From Syntrophales bacterium (GTDB lineage: Bacteria; Desulfobacterota; Syntrophia; Syntrophales; UBA4778), in the NCBI GenBank assembly GCA_963665615.2, contig CAXXQE010000006.1, positions 186,001 through 250,000 on the forward strand: a stretch of DNA of 64,000 nucleotides, written 5' to 3'. Of this stretch, positions 41,298 to 49,924 are shown in pieces. The position numbers and the translations under genes were made by a program. Below the pieces are notes generated by a model, which saw only the letters and a program-made list of their open reading frames with translations, was not told the DNA's origin and did no database searches. Each line of letters starts with the position of its first letter. Position 1 is the stretch's first letter.

Positions 41298-41948
41298 CTA
41301 TAGATCCAGCGTGATCAATCCCGCTCGAAGTGCATACTTTACAATTTCGGAAGAATTGCTGATCTGAAGTTTTTCCATGATGTGCGATCGATGCGTCTCG
41401 ATTGTTTTAGGGCTGACGCCGAGCTTATAGGCCGTCTCCTTGATGGAATAGCCTTCTGCGAGGAGTTGAAGCACTTCCCGCTCCCGATCGCTGAGAACAG
41501 CCTCGGCTGTTTTGTTGGGCGTTTTGCCGAGATACCCGTTGAGCACCATGTCAGCTATCTTGGGACTCAAGTAAACGTTCTTCCTCGCAACGGATCGGAT
41601 CGCTACGACAAGTTCCTCGAATTTACAGCCTTTGAGAAGATAGCCGGTTGCACCGGCCTCCAGCATTCCCAAGACATACTTGCGATCCTGATGCATGGAC
41701 AGCGCCAGGATCTTGACGCCCGGCGTCTTTGAAAGGATTTGACGGGTCGCATCCATCCCGTTGAGGTCGGGCATGGTGATGTCCATGACGATCACGTCGG
41801 GAACGAGTTTTGGGGCCATCTCCACGGCGGCTCGCCCGCTTTCCGCTTCGCCGACAACCTCCATATCGGCCTCCTTTGCAATCATCCGCCTGAGGCCTTC
41901 CCGCAGTATCTCATGATCGTCGGCAAGTAGAATCTTGATGGCAGACAT
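41298..41948 (-). CDS. NarL/LuxR-family response regulator
   Basis: ADDHEILREG, MDITMP, LSDREREV HTH. Start at MSAIK; the ORF extension lies in the repeat. Confidence 0.95.
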   Translation of the reverse strand: MSAIKILLADDHEILREGLRRMIAKEADMEVVGEAESGRAAVEMAPKLVPDVIVMDITMPDLNGMDATRQILSKTPGVKILALSMHQDRKYVLGMLEAGATGYLLKGCKFEELVVAIRSVARKNVYLSPKIADMVLNGYLGKTPNKTAEAVLSDREREVLQLLAEGYSIKETAYKLGVSPKTIETHRSHIMEKLQISNSSEIVKYALRAGLITLDL

Positions 41949-41953
41949 AGTAT

Positions 41954-42051
41954 TGCTCCGGCGAATCTCCGGTTCCCAAGGAAAATGTTTTGTCCTGATT
42001 CGCTCGCTTCCCCCGAGGTTTACAGCTGGGAAGCACTCTCTGAAGAATTCA
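41954..42051 (+). repeat. Twin-hairpin repeat, copy 8 (left end truncated at gene start)
   Basis: GCTCCGGCGAATCTCCGGTTCCCAAGGAAAATGTTTTGTCCTGATTCGCTCGC...GAAGAATTCA. Confidence 0.88.
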
Positions 42052-42180
42052 GTATCACCACAGAATCTGAAAATCAAGGTCTAACGTCTGAACGTCTCAA
42101 GGCATTCAATAACGCGATCCGAGAGCAAGCCTATAAAAAAAATGCACCAACGCCCTTTTTTACTTTATCCCGAAAATCGC

Positions 42181-42220
42181 ATCAGGAATTGAGAGGTCAT
42201 TATCAGGAATTTCCCGATAG
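42181..42220 (+). promoter_or_regulatory. 40-bp tandem operator motif, copy 3
   Basis: ATCAGGAATTGAGAGGTCATTATCAGGAATTTCCCGATAG. Confidence 0.75.
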
Positions 42221-42268
42221 TTCTTTCTGCGCCTTTTCATTTATTTTCAACACGGACAAAATGAAATT

Positions 42269-42386
42269 TCGGAGACTCCCCGGGGCAAGCTCCGGCGACT
42301 CTCCGATCCCCAAGGAAAATGTTTTGTCCTGATTCGCTCGGTTACCCGGCGGCGCGGCATAGAGAATGCGCTTGCTGAAGAATTCA
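42269..42386 (+). repeat. 118-bp twin-hairpin repeat, copy 9
   Basis: GGAGACTCCCCGGGGCAAGCTCCGGCG...CAAGGAAAATGTTTTGTCCTGATTCGCTCG...GAAGAATTCA. Confidence 0.9.
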
Positions 42387-42396
42387 GGAGGGGCCT

Positions 42397-42603
42397 ATGA
42401 AACTGGTTTCTGAGACTGAATGCCTGAATTGCGGACAGAAGACCATTTGCGTTTACCTGATCTCCGGCCGGCATTATACAGCCGCAATAGCGGACCAAGA
42501 GACGGGAAAATGCCTGGAGAGATATCGGCATGAGGAAAATAATCAGAAAGGAGGTTTCAGAGATGTTGATTACAAAGATCAGATGCTTGGCATGCAACCA
42601 TAA
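42397..42603 (+). CDS. Small Cys-containing hypothetical protein
   Basis: AGGAGG RBS and CLNC motif; overlaps the next ORF by 41 nt. Confidence 0.4.
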   Translation: MKLVSETECLNCGQKTICVYLISGRHYTAAIADQETGKCLERYRHEENNQKGGFRDVDYKDQMLGMQP

Positions 42604-42841
42604 GGGAGAGATCGAAATCATCGGACGACCTCCGAGCGCAACGCCGGACAGGTTATTTAAGTATCTCGATGATCGGGATGACATTGATAACCTCCATTGC
42701 CGCTGTCCGCGTTGCAAGTGGGAACTGATTGTCAATCCCATGCAGCTTCTGGGCCCCGGCGCCATTATCGGCGTTCCGCTCTGCAAAGAGGAGGCGATGG
42801 CTTGCGCGGATCGTGAACGTCGCGCAGCGACAGTTTTATAA
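42563..42841 (+). CDS. Zinc-ribbon-like hypothetical protein
   Basis: AGGAGGT RBS; CLAC...CPRC pairs. Confidence 0.7.
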   Translation: MLITKIRCLACNHKGEIEIIGRPPSATPDRLFKYLDDRDDIDNLHCRCPRCKWELIVNPMQLLGPGAIIGVPLCKEEAMACADRERRAATVL

Positions 42842-42965
42842 CCCCGTCTTGCCGGCCCCCCGCCCTTCGTTTTGTGGCGCCTCTTTTAAACGTAACAGAG
42901 GCCGAAGGAATGCGCGCTCGATATGGCGCCCTCATCCACAAAGCACGACAGAAAGGAGACATGTC

Positions 42966-43832
42966 ATGAAAGAGATGTTTATAACCGTCATTGCCATTGT
43001 GTTGCTCGCCGTACCCGCATCTGGAGCGTCCCAAGAGCGCGTCGCAAGCGCTCCATCCCCGACCGGCGCCGTCTGCATGAGCAGCATGAAAGACGTCTTC
43101 GAACCCGCGCGGCCTACGTTGCGCCGCGTCGTGCTCACGACCGTTGACGGAAAAAGAGAAACGAGAGAATACATTGTCAACCAGGCATTCAAGCATTTCC
43201 CCGACGGCATACGCATGATCTTAATGATCCGGGAACCGGCCGAATGGAGCGGAAGCACCTACTTATACGTGGAGAAAAATAATGTTATCACGATGTGGGC
43301 GTATCTTGCAGGATTTCAAAGAGTTCGAGAATACGTCAACACGGCGGAAACACAGCCCTACGATGCTTTCCTCGACAGCAGTTTCACGAACGCCGATATC
43401 GGCTTGATCCCCCTGCCCCAGGTATGTGAACTCACAGAAACCACAAACTATGACGGGATTAAAGCATATAGAGTGGAAGAAAGAATGGCGAAACAATCGA
43501 ATCCGTTTGTTAATTTTTATTCGCGGATCACGACCTGGATTGCGGCCGCTTCCTTTTTCCCTCTCCATCGGGATTACTATGATCCCGCCGGGAGACTTTG
43601 GAAGACCCTGTCTTTTAATGAATACGTTCGTATCGACAAAACGACTGTGCCCCTTCTGATCCGGATGAAAGATCTGCAGAAAAATTCATATTCCGATTTC
43701 AGAATCACAAACGTTATCAACGATATTGCCATACCGGATGAATTATTCGACCCGAAACAACTGGCCCAAGTTTCAGCGTCTCCGCTATGGAAGTCACTGA
43801 CAGCGCCGTTGGAGGCTTCGGGGGCAAAATAG
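42966..43832 (+). CDS. Outer-membrane lipoprotein-sorting (LolA-like) protein
   Basis: AGGAG RBS, signal peptide, EP...G..YL, FLDSSFTNADI and YYD..G.L.K motifs. Confidence 0.78.
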   Translation: MKEMFITVIAIVLLAVPASGASQERVASAPSPTGAVCMSSMKDVFEPARPTLRRVVLTTVDGKRETREYIVNQAFKHFPDGIRMILMIREPAEWSGSTYLYVEKNNVITMWAYLAGFQRVREYVNTAETQPYDAFLDSSFTNADIGLIPLPQVCELTETTNYDGIKAYRVEERMAKQSNPFVNFYSRITTWIAAASFFPLHRDYYDPAGRLWKTLSFNEYVRIDKTTVPLLIRMKDLQKNSYSDFRITNVINDIAIPDELFDPKQLAQVSASPLWKSLTAPLEASGAK

Positions 43833-43920
43833 TCGTATGAGTCTGCGTCCGGGGCAGTTGGGTTGGGAGCGTCTATAAAAAGTGTTAGAGGATACCGGAT
43901 AGAATCTGGCGTATCATCGA

Positions 43921-44337
43921 TCATCCGAAAACGGCTCCGACAAGATCGAATAGATTCCGGATGAGTTGGCCGTGTCCCTCATGCAGAAAGAGCCCGAACT
44001 GCGCGATCAGGGAATAGCCGACACCGAACTGCGCCAGGGCATAGACGCCGAGGGCAAACTGACTCACGTCGATGACGCCGATCCCGAACTGAGAGATATT
44101 GATGACGCCGCAGCCGAATTGACCGATTGAAACAATACCCTTTGCAACGACCGGCACCCGGTTTGGACGGTACTTGAAGGAAATGTGGAGGAGTGGCAGG
44201 CCTAACAGGGTCGCCCGGGACCTGTACTCAAACCCCCAACCGTCCCAACGGGGACGCGCCGGAAAGGGCGCGCCGCAATGCGGGCAGGCCATCGCCTGTT
44301 CTGAAACCTCGTGACCGCAATCCCTGCAACGTGTCAT
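43921..44337 (-). CDS. Zinc-ribbon membrane-associated hypothetical protein
   Basis: CRDC...CPHCG followed by LPLLHI and repeated xQFG units. Confidence 0.75.
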   Translation of the reverse strand: MTRCRDCGHEVSEQAMACPHCGAPFPARPRWDGWGFEYRSRATLLGLPLLHISFKYRPNRVPVVAKGIVSIGQFGCGVINISQFGIGVIDVSQFALGVYALAQFGVGYSLIAQFGLFLHEGHGQLIRNLFDLVGAVFG

Positions 44338-44394
44338 CTCTGCCTCCTTCGCTTCATTGATCCCACGATTAAAGTGATCCAGGTCTATTCCGCC

Positions 44395-45150
44395 TCAGGC
44401 AACCCGTACCGTTTCAAAATCGAGGTGCTTTTTCATGATCATGGTTCCGCCGCCTTCCGAAACGATGCGCAGGATGGCGTCCGTCTCACGAACCCTCGAA
44501 CCGGCAATATGCGTCAGCCCGGTCCCGGAAAAGACCTCCGGACAAAAGGGCGATGACGGCCCCAGCAGCACGGCGGCTCTCGGTTTTCCGAGAGAAGACA
44601 GCAGATCGTCGCAGGTTCCATTGATCAGGGACGTCCCCGTCAGAATCGCGACGCTGGCATGCGACAGAGCTGTCCGTCCTTCATCGGGGCTGATCGTTTC
44701 CCCACGATGCGGATTCAATTCAACGATCTTGAGATCACAACCGATCTTTCGGATTTTAGAAATGATCGGCGCGAAATAACCCACCATCACAACCTTATCC
44801 TCGGGGGTCATGTCGAGACTGTCAATCACCTCTTCTTTCGAGGACGCCGGTCTGGGCAATGCGGCCAGCAGTGCGTTCGCCGTCGCCAGCCCGATGGCTC
44901 GTCCCAGTGACGAACCCTCATCGCCAAGCAGAGAGAGAAGATCCGCCGCCGACCGACCGGATAACGTTCCGGCCTGAGGTACATGGGTGCAGGATTGGGA
45001 ATCCGATGGCGGCGTCCAGGCGACGCCGCCGTGACCTTCATTGAGCCGCACGGCAGTGTATCCCAGCCCGATTCTGAGATCGGCCACAGAAAATGCCTGT
45101 GCCTCAGATTTCAAATATTCCACCAAACGTTTCTGCAAGACGAATGTCAT
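44395..45150 (-). CDS. DUF364/DUF4213 Rossmann-like protein
   Basis: IGLGYTAV, GLATANA, MVGYF.P, TGTSLINGT and LGPS motifs. Confidence 0.85.
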   Translation of the reverse strand: MTFVLQKRLVEYLKSEAQAFSVADLRIGLGYTAVRLNEGHGGVAWTPPSDSQSCTHVPQAGTLSGRSAADLLSLLGDEGSSLGRAIGLATANALLAALPRPASSKEEVIDSLDMTPEDKVVMVGYFAPIISKIRKIGCDLKIVELNPHRGETISPDEGRTALSHASVAILTGTSLINGTCDDLLSSLGKPRAAVLLGPSSPFCPEVFSGTGLTHIAGSRVRETDAILRIVSEGGGTMIMKKHLDFETVRVA

Positions 45151-45923
45151 CGTTTGTCTCCTTCCGACGAATTGATATAACTGAAGCGCCAGGCGCAAAC
45201 CCATTCGTCTGGATGCGGATCAGGCGGACATCCCACACACTCGCAACGAATCCGCCGGTCGATCGATTCGGCAAATGCGCGGTATTCTACCAGCCCGCCG
45301 GTTTTACAGGGGTAGTCCTGCAGGCCCTTTCTTTTCCTCGCCGATTGGACACGGCACTCATTCATTTGAAAGACAAAACTGCCGTCCGGCTCATCGATAA
45401 TGGACTGGGTGTTGACCCGCGCATAGATGCGGAAGCGCAAGGCCTTCTTTAATCCCTCCAGTCCCGCCTGCTCGGGCAATCCGAGAAAGTTTTTGATGGA
45501 CGCCGCCTCGAAGGGGGAAAAGCGACCCCAGCATGAATCGTTACATCGCTTGGCATCATTGAGATCGCGCGACATTTCAATCGATTGAAACCAGACGCCG
45601 TCATTGGCCAGCCAGTTTACACCGACACTTCTGGTGAGATCAATCAACTTTTCCTTCGGCATCGCCAGCAGGGCCTTGGGCAGCCCGTTCTCCAGTTCAA
45701 ATCCAAAGACCTGCGCCAGTCTTTCAATCTGTATCTTATAGCTGCGTTCCGATGCCGTTCTCATGGCATCCAGAGCGCGTTCCATGCCAAACTGATGAAT
45801 GGCTTCGTTGAACCAAAGGCCATAGTGAACCATCGAACGATGAAACAAATCCATAATGAAACGCACAAGGTCCTCCTGATTGAGGTCCTCCGGCTGCTCC
45901 GCATTTTCCATTCCCTTATTCAT
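45147..45923 (-). CDS. DUF6125-family protein
   Basis: HYGLWF, NWLANDGVWF, CRVQSARKRKG..DYPCK, C.CVGCPPD.HP..W.C.W. Start uncertain. Confidence 0.8.
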   Translation of the reverse strand: MNKGMENAEQPEDLNQEDLVRFIMDLFHRSMVHYGLWFNEAIHQFGMERALDAMRTASERSYKIQIERLAQVFGFELENGLPKALLAMPKEKLIDLTRSVGVNWLANDGVWFQSIEMSRDLNDAKRCNDSCWGRFSPFEAASIKNFLGLPEQAGLEGLKKALRFRIYARVNTQSIIDEPDGSFVFQMNECRVQSARKRKGLQDYPCKTGGLVEYRAFAESIDRRIRCECVGCPPDPHPDEWVCAWRFSYINSSEGDKR

Positions 45924-45973
45924 ATTCCTGCAATGCTCCCTTGCTGATTGCTGCTCCGACAATGAAATAGCGT

Positions 45974-46522
45974 CTAGATAATAAAAACAGCCGCGGCGAT
46001 CACGGTGGTATACCCCTGCCCTTTCAAAACGCTCGATTGCGTGGCGTTGGTTGTTTTGACGATCTTGCCGCTGATCTTGAAGATCTCTTTCTTATCATCC
46101 CAGCTCTCATCCACGTCAAAGTCGATACCGAGTGTCGAGGCGAGCATAGCAGCCGCAAGATCTTCAGCATGATCGCCCGCCTGCTTTTCGGTTTCACCGA
46201 AAGCATGGTGTTCGCTGATGTATCCATAGGTATTGCGATCCGTAGGAATGGCACATCCGACGGAGGCGGCAATCAACCGGCGAGGTTCATTGCTGCAGCA
46301 TCGACTCATGACACAATAGGTAATGGCCCCCGCTTGCAGTTCCTTCATGCCCTGCGCCTTTGAAATGATCTTGCAGCCGGGCGGCAAGATGCTCGAGACT
46401 TGCACGAGATTGCACTTCTCGATACCCGCATCGCGCAGGGCCAGTTCGAAAGAATGAAGCGCCTCCTTGTGATTGCCGACCCCTTTGGTGAAAAAGATCC
46501 GTTTCGGAACGAGTGTTTTCAT
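45974..46522 (-). CDS. pdaD: Pyruvoyl-dependent arginine decarboxylase
   Basis: FFTKGVG, SFELALRDAGI, NLVQVSSILP (Ser-Ser autocleavage site), GYISEH. Confidence 0.92.
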   Translation of the reverse strand: MKTLVPKRIFFTKGVGNHKEALHSFELALRDAGIEKCNLVQVSSILPPGCKIISKAQGMKELQAGAITYCVMSRCCSNEPRRLIAASVGCAIPTDRNTYGYISEHHAFGETEKQAGDHAEDLAAAMLASTLGIDFDVDESWDDKKEIFKISGKIVKTTNATQSSVLKGQGYTTVIAAAVFII

Positions 46523-46598
46523 GATTTTTTCCTTTTCTCCTGAGCGCCGGCCTCGACGCTTTTCACCAACGAACCATGCGGATCGCCCTCAAGAAGCG

Positions 46599-46967
46599 TC
46601 AGCCTTTATGTTCATCGCAACTGTGGCCATGCTGCGAACAACTAAGCCCGCTGTCTGTCAAACTGCCTGCGAGCCAATTTTCGGCAACGGCTCTCACGTT
46701 GCCTGAGCAGCCGCGTATGACAGAAATCCCGTGCCCATTAAGAACATTGACGGCGCCTGCGCCCATATTGCCGGCCAGCATAAGTTTCACACCTCGCTCG
46801 GCAAGAATCTGGGCGATGTTGGACTTGCAACCGCATCCTGCCGGAGAAGCGATTTTTTCTTCCTCCGTTATTTTCTTCTGGTCGTCAATCGTAAATACCG
46901 TAAAGTGATCACAGTGTCCAAAATGTTCGTCAACTCGGTTTTCATAAGAGGGTAATGCAATTTTCAT
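46599..46967 (-). CDS. NifB/NifX-family (FeMo-cofactor-binding domain) protein
   Basis: MKIALP...VDEHFGHC..F, GNMGAGA, Cys/His tail. Confidence 0.9.
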   Translation of the reverse strand: MKIALPSYENRVDEHFGHCDHFTVFTIDDQKKITEEEKIASPAGCGCKSNIAQILAERGVKLMLAGNMGAGAVNVLNGHGISVIRGCSGNVRAVAENWLAGSLTDSGLSCSQHGHSCDEHKG

Positions 46968-47196
46968 CGTTGTCTCCTTTTGATTCATTTTTCTAACCTT
47001 TTCTTGCAATCGGTTTTATGATCTCGCGCATAACAGCGGCCGTTGCCTTTACAATCATTGTCCTTTTTCCTTGATCCATCATTTTTATAAGTTGCGCCTT
47101 ACTGTGCGCTTTTTCGTTGCAGGCGATCGGATCAATCTGATTTTTCCCGATGCCGCGGCAACAACCATCATTTGCGCTCCAGCAGACATTTGATCC

Positions 47197-47688
47197 TCAT
47201 GGCAGATCATACCGGCGTCGACCGCGCCTCTGAGCGGTTTCTTCTTCGACCTCGTCATACCAGCCATTGCGGGTTTCCTTGTGACAATCAAATCGTCCGC
47301 TATAGGGTTTGATATCGATAATCGGCGTTCCATCCAGAATATCCACGCAGTCCAGGTAAAGCACATTCTCCCGTCGCTCGTTTAACTCGACAATGCTCAG
47401 ACCGACGGGATTAGGACGGTAGGGCGCACGTGTTGAAAAAACGCCCCGTTCGACATCCTGCAGGAATGGCTTGACATGGAGCCGGACGCCCTGGATCTGA
47501 TGCAAATGATAAATCAGGTAGATGTGCGAAAACCCTTCCAGATCCTGAAGCCCTGCTGCAAATTCCGGATAAATTTCCGCCTGTGCGATGCAGCCCCTGG
47601 CATAGACCGGCTGAATAGGTGTCTTTTCCTGAATCGTATGCTCGCTGTGAATTACGCCGATCGGGCGATAAACAATCGATTGCTGCAT
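47197..47688 (-). CDS. tsaA: tRNA (t6A37) N6-methyltransferase TrmO/TsaA family
   Basis: PIGVIHS, GFSHI, RGVFSTRAPYRPNPVGLS and DGTPIIDIKPY motifs. Confidence 0.92.
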   Translation of the reverse strand: MQQSIVYRPIGVIHSEHTIQEKTPIQPVYARGCIAQAEIYPEFAAGLQDLEGFSHIYLIYHLHQIQGVRLHVKPFLQDVERGVFSTRAPYRPNPVGLSIVELNERRENVLYLDCVDILDGTPIIDIKPYSGRFDCHKETRNGWYDEVEEETAQRRGRRRYDLP

Positions 47689-47767
47689 GACGCGTTTGTC
47701 CTTTCTTTACCGACGCCTGTGGACGTCTGAAGTTGGCGCTTCAGACGTTCTTCCGAGTCAGAATCCG

Positions 47768-48226
47768 TCAGCGTATCCCTGATGACTGCTTGGTGCTTCT
47801 TGTAACCCCGGCACCCGCATGAAAACATCTTCTTCGATGCATGGACGCGGGCTCTTTTTCGGGACCTGAACCGATCATACACCGGCGGCGCCGGCATCCC
47901 GGCATGGCATAAGCGACATTACCCGTCAGATTCCCCTTAAGCCAGCAACGCACAATTTCTTCTGTATCCCCCGCAATAAAGGGGAGGATCTGAATCCCCC
48001 GCGATTCGAGCATATCCTCGAGAAAGCGGGAAATCGCGCCGCACACAAAAACCTCTATGCCTGCTGCAGTGAGCCAATCGACCTTTTCAATGCCATCAAC
48101 CGGAAGGCTGTGAAGCGTCTTTTTGATCTCATGCCCGCTATCCGCTTCAACGATGAGCAGCTGTCGGGCCACATCGAAAACCGGTGCGACCCTATTATTC
48201 CATATTGAAAAAGTGGCAATCATCAT
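47768..48226 (-). CDS. NifB/NifX-family protein (orange-protein-like)
   Basis: RVAPVFDVA, VCGAIS, PFIAGD and AMPGC motifs. Confidence 0.85.
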   Translation of the reverse strand: MMIATFSIWNNRVAPVFDVARQLLIVEADSGHEIKKTLHSLPVDGIEKVDWLTAAGIEVFVCGAISRFLEDMLESRGIQILPFIAGDTEEIVRCWLKGNLTGNVAYAMPGCRRRRCMIGSGPEKEPASMHRRRCFHAGAGVTRSTKQSSGIR

Positions 48227-48266
48227 CCCCCATCCGAATGCATATAACGAGCGATGGCATAACTTA

Positions 48267-48283
48267 TTGCAGCATTCATGCCG
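48267..48283 (-). promoter_or_regulatory. sigma54 -24/-12 promoter
   Basis: CGGCATGAATGCTGCAA (GG-N10-GC) about 40 nt upstream of the NifX-like start. Confidence 0.75.
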
Positions 48284-48368
48284 TTTCGACAACACGCGGA
48301 GATGCTTTTTAACTAGTTGCTTTTACATATAAATACGGAATTGTGCAACACATGCCGGTCATTGGTTA

Positions 48369-48416
48369 ATCGCAGAAATGCGACTTTGTCCTGAAAATGA
48401 GTCGCTATTTTGCGAC
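48369..48416. promoter_or_regulatory. Two palindromic enhancer (UAS) sites
   Basis: ATCGCAGAAATGCGAC (48369-48384) and GTCGCTATTTTGCGAC (48401-48416), about 90-130 bp upstream of the sigma54 promoter. Confidence 0.7.
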
Positions 48417-48418
48417 AA

Positions 48419-49817
48419 CTACATTGAGGTCTTTTTGCGGGAGGAAGGAAGCGGGATGCCGAGTTTTTTGATTTTTCGGTAGAATGTACTTTTGTGAATC
48501 CCCAGCTTTGTTGAGGCCTCAGCCGGATTATTGCCCGTGCCTTGCAGAACTTTCTGGATCGTGCGAATCTCCAGAAGATCTCGCGCCGAACGGATTCCGG
48601 ATTCGATTTCCGAACCGCCCTGCTTACCCTTGAGCTCTTCAGGCAGATGCGCCATCTCTACCATGCTCCCCGCTGCAGAGAACAAAGGAGCGCTCAATGA
48701 CATTTTCAAGTTCCCGGATGTTGCCGGGCCAGTCATGAGCCATGAGCAGCGACAAGGCCTCCGGCGCAATCCCCCGGATCGTCTTGTGTTGCATGCGATT
48801 GAAATGTTCTATAAATTGTTCGGTCAGCACGGGAATATCTTCTTTGCGTTTCCTGAGCGGCGGCAACTCAATCCGCACCACATTGATGCGGTAGTAGAGA
48901 TCCTCGCGAAAGTCACCCCGTTGAACGAGTTGCGCAAGATCCCTGTTGGTAGCAACAATCACACGCGCATCGGTTCTTTCGGAGCGCGTCGAGCCGAGTG
49001 GTTCAAACGTCCGGTCCTGTAGAACGCGTAAAAGCCTGACCTGAAGCGCCGGGCTGACCTCTCCGATTTCATCGAGAAAGATCGTCCCTGATCTGGCAAG
49101 GGCAAAGCGCCCCGGCTTGTCCTTGACCGCCCCGGTAAACGCCCCGGCCTTGTATCCGAACAACTCCGATTCCAAAAGGGTATCGGGAAGCGCACCGCAG
49201 TTGACGGCCACAAAAGGACCATTGGCATGGCGGCTCTGAGAGTGGATCGTGCGCGCCACCCGCTCTTTTCCTGTTCCTGTTTCGCCCAGAATCAGGACCG
49301 TACTGGGGCTGGCCGATATCGCCGGAATCACCTCGAAGAGCTTTCTCATGACCGGGCTGTGACTGATCAAATCCCCTATCTGAAACCGTCCGTCCAGTTC
49401 ACGGCGCAGCGCCTCCAGTTCGCTCAGATCCCGGAACGTCTCTGCGCCGCCGACAATGGTCCCGGCTCCGTCGCGCAGGACCGCCGTGGAAACACTGATC
49501 GGAACCCGGGAACCCGCGGCATTGACAATGTATCCGGTTTTACCGATAATCGGTTTAGCTGTCTTGAGCGTCCGCCTCAGGGCGCACTCGGCCTCGCACA
49601 TGCTGGAACGGAAAACCTCCGCACAGGAACGACCGATCGCCTCTTTTCTTTTAACCCCCGTAATCTTTTCAGCCGCTCGATTAAAGGATGTAATCACCCA
49701 ATCTCGATTGACCGTGAACACCCCGTCAGAAATGCTCTCCAGAATCTGTTCGGTTGACGAGCTGAATTCATTCGACCTTTTTTTCTTCTTTTCGCTCGAC
49801 TTTTTCATGCGGTTCAC
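48419..49817 (-). CDS. PAS-domain sigma54 enhancer-binding protein (OrpR-like), apparent +1 frameshift at ~48668-48671
   Basis: PAS with C-x8-C-x3-C, GETGTGKE, GAFTGA. The HTH tail (HLPEEL...LGIHKSTFYRK) is in another frame and is restored by deleting one G. Confidence 0.85.
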
Positions 49818-49924
49818 TTTTCTTATTCGCGCTGTCTATCCCTCGCTCGAAGCGCACTATAAAGCCCGCACTTTCATAAATCAAGCGCCCTGTGAACGGG
49901 CTATCGCCGCACCTGTCAGACGGA

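Noticed and set aside
46599..48226. Nitrogen fixation genes
   Set aside because: Only stand-alone NifB/NifX-family domains are present, which are common in non-diazotrophic anaerobes. There is no nifHDK.
48255..48271. Plus-strand sigma54-like TGGC...TTGCA
   Set aside because: Spacing is GG-N11-GC rather than N10, and no plus-strand gene follows.
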